Source of the DNA: Octopus vulgaris
Taxonomy: Eukaryota
Reading direction: 5' to 3'
Length of the DNA: 64,000 nucleotides
NCBI GenBank assembly: GCA_951406725.2
Contig: OX597818.1
Span: forward strand, 38,440,001 to 38,504,000
Part shown: positions 62,149 through 64,000 of the stretch, piece by piece
Layout: the number at the start of each line of letters is the position of its first letter
How positions within the stretch are numbered: position 1 is the first letter of the stretch
Translations under genes and position numbers: made by a program
The notes under the pieces: generated by a model
Told to the model about the DNA's origin: nothing
Seen by the model: only the letters and a program-made list of their open reading frames with translations
Database searches by the model: none

Positions 62149-64000
62149 CTTTGAAAAAAGAAAAACACAAAACAGTAATATTTTGCTTAGTTAGTTTGGT
62201 TGTAACTACAAACAAAAACCAATATATTTCACAGAAAGGATATGGTTCCTGTATAGCCTAGAAACAAAATCTATGGAAGTGTGGGGGGGGGGGGATATTT
62301 CACATGTGTTCGTTTAATTAAATTATAAAATTTTATAACAATTATTTCAAAATTAAGTGCTTACACAAGACATTTTAGAAATATGTAACTCATGTCAGTA
62401 ATTATTCAAGGTAGGTGTTGGTGGGTGACCTTTATGTAGTAAAACACACAAAAAATAAACAAAACACAGGTGCGCAACTGAGTTGAAGGCAGATTTACTT
62501 CTGCATTTATAGCACAAAGAAAACTATGTTGTAGGAGTGTACTCAGCACATGTACTACAGCAGTACTATGCATAGCTTAAATACTGAGATTGAAAAGCTG
62601 GGGTGAATCATGCCTACCTAATCTACAAAAAAATAAAATATTTTGCATTTTATGCACAGTAATCAGAGTAACCGTCATAATTTTATTGAATTAGGTGCAT
62701 ATTTTGCCATAAAAGGAAAATGTTGCTATTGATCTATTTTATTCAAGGTAGGCATTGCCTACCTAGGCATCATGTCCCTACCAAATGTCTTTCATAAAGC
62801 ATACACTTCAATTATAATAACTACATCGAATGATTATTTTGCCAACTTTTGACCTAAGTCATTTTTGATCTGCTCCGTTTAACCATAACGAAGGGTACAA
62901 GATCTTTTCTATAAAAGATATTACTTTACAAAATCCAATCTAAACACTGAATATTGCTGGATGACGGTATTACTGAACTGAGTCAAGCTTCAAAAAGGTT
63001 CTTTAACCCTTAAGCATTCAAACCGGCCAAAATATTCTCCCAGTTTTATATTGAAACTGAGCAGATCAAGCCTCTCACACCTACCCTATGATGTCATTTT
63101 AAAACTAAACAATCACATAACTGAAATCTTTAAACTACAAGGTGATGGATGGATGATTAATTCAGTACAATATAAATATACAAGCATCATTTTTGCCAGA
63201 ATAATCTGAATACTAAAGGATTAATAATAAACTTGTTCTATTTAAATAGGTTACCATTAAGAAGCCATTTAGATTTAAAAAAGAGTTATAAATTTAATCC
63301 TTTAGCATTTAAAGCAGCCATATCCAGCCCAAAATGTTCAATCTGCTTTATGTTCAAATTGGCCAACTCTGGCCCTGCACACCTCCACTTCGAAAAATAA
63401 ACTACTGCATTATTAGAATCTTGAAGCTATAAGATAATTCATGATTAACTCAAAACAATGTGAATAGATAAGCATTACATTTAATCTAAACACTAAAGGC
63501 TTAAGTGCATGCATGACTGTGTAGCTAAGAAGCTTGCTTTGAAATCATGTTTAGATCAGCCCCACTGTGTGGGTGATATTGGTTGGTTCCCTCTACAACA
63601 TCATTGAATGTCTGTTGTCCATATTGGCATGGTTTGGACAATTTGATCAAGGCCGGCAAGCTGAGGGGTTGCACCACATGCCAGCCTGATTTGGCATGGT
63701 TTCTATGGTTGAATGCCCTTCCTAATGCCAACAACACCAAGTGTAATGGGCACCTTTATGTGCTAGTTGTAAGACATTAGTATCTGTTAGGACTGATTTC
63801 ACTTGGCTTGATAGGTCTTCATTGAGTAAAATTTGGCAGAAACTGAAAGAAACCTGCCCATACATATGTGTCTATGAGACTGCGTATTCATCTGTTTTAG
63901 TATGTGCACACTGATTGTAATCAAAGCACTTTTCATATAAATGGTGTATTCTTTTACTTGTTTCAGTCATAGCGGCTATGCAATATACATTATCATTATA

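Overview
AT-rich eukaryotic genomic DNA, dense in microsatellites and transposons. The SINE/RTE repertoire points to an octopus (coleoid cephalopod); this is an inference. Four spliced genes can be reconstructed exon by exon with GT-AG junctions and consistent phases: a C10orf53/UPF0728 homolog (+, 3 coding exons, 92 aa), RSL1D1 (-, 7 exons, 352 aa), CANT1 (+, 3 exons, about 410 aa, head-to-head with RSL1D1) and the 3' nine exons of eRF3/GSPT (-, continuing beyond the window). Introns and intergenic DNA hold tRNA- and 5S-derived SINEs, RTE/CR1/RLE-type LINE remnants, Penelope-like fragments, non-autonomous Helitrons, and mariner, maT, piggyBac and Merlin fossils and MITEs. The most notable signal is a set of hammerhead-ribozyme-like motifs. 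One has a complete catalytic core but an unusual strand order; it occurs twice, in the 3' UTR of an RLE (HERO-like) retroelement. Another has a swapped G3:C8 core inside a 109-bp-arm hairpin. A third is a conventional type I motif. All structures were folded by eye and are untested.
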